Of a DNA stretch of 64,000 nucleotides, positions 61,536-64,000 are shown in pieces. The notes below the pieces were generated by a model. It was not told where the DNA came from, did not search any database, and saw only the letters and a list, made by a program, of their open reading frames with translations. Where the stretch lies: contig CAXXVZ010000003.1 in NCBI GenBank assembly GCA_963678065.2, forward strand, positions 1,696,001-1,760,000, read 5' to 3'. The DNA is from Treponemataceae bacterium (lineage in GTDB: Bacteria; Spirochaetota; Spirochaetia; Treponematales; Rectinemataceae). Every line of letters begins with the position of its first letter. Positions within the stretch are counted from its first letter, which is position 1. The translations under genes were made by a program, and so were the position numbers.

Positions 61536-62702
61536 TCACCGCCCGGCCATCAGCCTGCCGAAAAAACGCCGTATACCCGAATCGGCGAAAGTTTCACCGA
61601 CAAGTTCCAAGATCCGTTCCGGGGAGAGGGCCGTTCCCGTCTCGCGCGGCGAGCCGCCGATCTCCCGCGAACCTCCCCAGGCGTTTCCCGTCTCCCGCGA
61701 CCTGGTCACCGCGGGGTCGATCGCGTTGAGTCTGCGGTACAGGTGCACGAGATCGCGCCGCATGAAGCGGTCGACAAGCCTGAGCGTGTAGCGGCCCTTC
61801 CCCTGATCGAGAATCAGGAGGCCGAGAATCCTGCCCAGCCGGCCGGAAAACCAGGATTCCGTTTCATGGATTCCCTTCTCCGATTGGCACATAATGGCTA
61901 TCTTCCCTTCCCCGAGCCCTACCCTGCCTGTTTCCCTGAATTCCAGCATGGCCTTCAGGGCTTCAGGGGGGATGATCATCCGATCCAACTCTTCCAGAGC
62001 GCGGGCGAGCACGGGGAGGTAGTTCTTTTCGCCCGGAAGCGACGATCCCTTCGCGACATTCCGCAACCTTTCGAGAAGCACTCCGAGTCGCGCTCTCTCT
62101 TCCCTCGGCAGCCCTGTGAGCATCCCGCCGCCGAATCCGTGGACGTCGATGGCCCCTTCGAGCCGCACAAGGGGCATGAGGCGCTCGAGGAGTTCTTTTT
62201 CGCCGGCAAGCAATTCGCCGCGGTTCATCAGTATCCACGCGGCGAGGATCGAATCGAGGTCGAGGTCGTTGAGGACGACGAGCCATTCTCCGATGTCGAG
62301 AGGCATGCCCTCGTGGATAAGGACGGCAGCCTGTTCACATGTGGAAAGCGTGAAGGAGCGGATGCAGCCGGCGTGGTGGTCCAGGGAATACTGCCGTCGC
62401 TTGTTGTCGATGAAAGGGGCTCCGTGATAGGCGCCGTCCAGGAAAATGCAGCCATCCGGGTAGAGGAAGCGCCCACGCCCAGTGACAGTTTTGCCTTTCT
62501 CGAGCACGATCCGTAGAGCCGGGGCGTTGTCGGAGTACAGGCAGTCCTTCCCCTGCTTGTTCCGTATCGAATAAGGCCCCCAACTCGCATTTCCGGAAGG
62601 CTGCGCAGGCGATGTATCCGCTGCCCCGACGCCGGCGCTTCCTTCCCGCACGCTCCGCTCTTCCATCAGCCTCCCCGCTTCGGACTTCCGGCCCGACTCC
62701 AT
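61536..62702 (-). CDS. Hypothetical protein with DHH-like motifs (start uncertain)
   Basis: FLDG, SLDHH, NDLDLDS, WGGS..GGSPR. Confidence 0.6.
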   Translation of the reverse strand: MESGRKSEAGRLMEERSVREGSAGVGAADTSPAQPSGNASWGPYSIRNKQGKDCLYSDNAPALRIVLEKGKTVTGRGRFLYPDGCIFLDGAYHGAPFIDNKRRQYSLDHHAGCIRSFTLSTCEQAAVLIHEGMPLDIGEWLVVLNDLDLDSILAAWILMNRGELLAGEKELLERLMPLVRLEGAIDVHGFGGGMLTGLPREERARLGVLLERLRNVAKGSSLPGEKNYLPVLARALEELDRMIIPPEALKAMLEFRETGRVGLGEGKIAIMCQSEKGIHETESWFSGRLGRILGLLILDQGKGRYTLRLVDRFMRRDLVHLYRRLNAIDPAVTRSRETGNAWGGSREIGGSPRETGTALSPERILELVGETFADSGIRRFFGRLMAGR

Positions 62703-62807
62703 CCGATCGGCACAGCCATCTGCCCACAAGATTGTGAACACTTTGCCGGCCGCTGTCAAACAGAGCCTGGACCTGCGGAAAGCAGCCTCGGATCCGGGCC
62801 CTTCGTC

Positions 62808-64000
62808 TCAGCCCGGCCGCCTCGACTCGACCGCTTTGGCCGATTTGTCGAAAGCCGGCCCGAGAGCCCTCCCCCCCCCGGAAGTGACGAGCCAGTTCTC
62901 CTCGTTCCTGATCCCGCCTATAGGGGTATAGAGCGCGAATTTCGTAAAATCGACGAACGAAGAGAGTGTCTTGTCCTTCTTCCACCGCTCGGCGAGCTCC
63001 GGTATGAAATAGATGCCCGGCTCCACCGTCACGACCATGCCGGGTTTCAGAGTTTTGGCCATACGGAGGGACTTGAGGCCGAACTGCGGGCTCTTCGCTT
63101 CCCCGTCATAGCCCACGAAGATTTCGCCGTAACTCTCCATGTCGTGCACGTCGAGGCCGATCTGATGCCCGGTGCCGCAGGGGAAGAAGAGCGCGTGGGC
63201 GCCTGAGGCGAGGATGTCTTCCGTAAGACCATGTATGAGGCCGATGGATTTGAGGCCTTCGACGATGCTCCTGCAGGCGGCGAAATGGACGTCCCGGAAC
63301 GCGACTCCGGGGCCGACGAGGGAAGAGGCCGCACGGTGGGCCGCGAGCGAGATTTCGTAGATTTCCCGCTGGCGAGCATCGAAACGGCTGCCGATCGGGA
63401 AGGTCGAGGAGAGGTCCCCCGCGTAGCCCGATTCCGTCTCGGCTCCCGCGTCGACGAGGAAGAGACCGCCATCCCGGAGCACATTGTTCCGGTCCAGATT
63501 GTGCAGTGTCTGGCCTCGCGTCGTCGCGATGACGGGGAAGGCGGTCTGGCCCCCCGCGGCGAGGGCGACGCGGACAATCTCGGCCGCGACCTCGCACTCG
63601 CGCATGCCCGGCCGGGCAGAACGCATCGCCGCCTCGTGCATCCGGACGGAGATGTCGACCGCATGCTCCATCTCGAGAATTTCCGCTTCGGACTTGATTT
63701 CCCGCAGGGCGACGGCGGCCCTCACGAGGGGAAGAATCGCGCGGGCATGCAGCTCCTCGGGAGAGAGCAGGGAGAGCGAAGTGAGATGCACGAGCCCGTC
63801 GATCTCCGCGGCGCCCTCCTGCCTGTAGGGAGGAAGGAAGTAGAAAACAGAGGCGCAGGCCACGTCGCGGGCCAGCTCCGCGCGCCTCGCCGTACGATCG
63901 ATTCCCGCCCTCGACGCAATGTCGGCGATCCCCGGCCTCGGTCCCGTCCACACGATATCGTCCGGACCGGCATCCTCGCCGTAGAGGGTTGTCTTTCCGG
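62808..64000 (-). CDS. pepP: Xaa-Pro aminopeptidase (M24), 5' end outside window
   Basis: LVDAGAE, YAGDLSSTFP, GHQIGLDVHD, TVEPGIYF, GGIRNEE. Confidence 0.9.
   Translation of the reverse strand, partial: GKTTLYGEDAGPDDIVWTGPRPGIADIASRAGIDRTARRAELARDVACASVFYFLPPYRQEGAAEIDGLVHLTSLSLLSPEELHARAILPLVRAAVALREIKSEAEILEMEHAVDISVRMHEAAMRSARPGMRECEVAAEIVRVALAAGGQTAFPVIATTRGQTLHNLDRNNVLRDGGLFLVDAGAETESGYAGDLSSTFPIGSRFDARQREIYEISLAAHRAASSLVGPGVAFRDVHFAACRSIVEGLKSIGLIHGLTEDILASGAHALFFPCGTGHQIGLDVHDMESYGEIFVGYDGEAKSPQFGLKSLRMAKTLKPGMVVTVEPGIYFIPELAERWKKDKTLSSFVDFTKFALYTPIGGIRNEENWLVTSGGGRALGPAFDKSAKAVESRRPG

Overview
GC-rich bacterial chromosome segment; protein style suggests a free-living spirochete (inference). 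Housekeeping genes (recO, pdp, recJ, tRNA-Gln, tRNA-Glu on the left; Crp-like gene, hypothetical, pepP on the right) flank a ~56 kb carbohydrate-related accessory region with five parts. (1) A divergent RpiR-type rare-sugar cluster with an ABC importer and a GH50-like hydrolase (5083-19092). (2) A tract of deletion-fused gene remnants (lacI::arsC, ilvB, ilvC, DUF362/DctP, araB). (3) An intact araA followed by a co-oriented tandem array of 11 paralogous ~630-aa secreted alpha/beta-hydrolases (25914-50912) with near-identical N-halves, divergent catalytic halves and clear mosaicism. (4) Inside the array, an IS110-family element inserted exactly at a Shine-Dalgarno AGGAG, whose upstream non-coding end (candidate bridge RNA) is split by an IS3 element with a 3-bp TSD. 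(5) A ytfQRT-yjfF-like ABC operon with a divergent LacI regulator; a candidate operator (GCGTGTACGTTAmCGCA) recurs just downstream of three sigma70 promoters. A degraded partial duplicate of the ABC/GH50 cluster lies at 59114-60776. All family assignments come from motif recognition; no searches were run.
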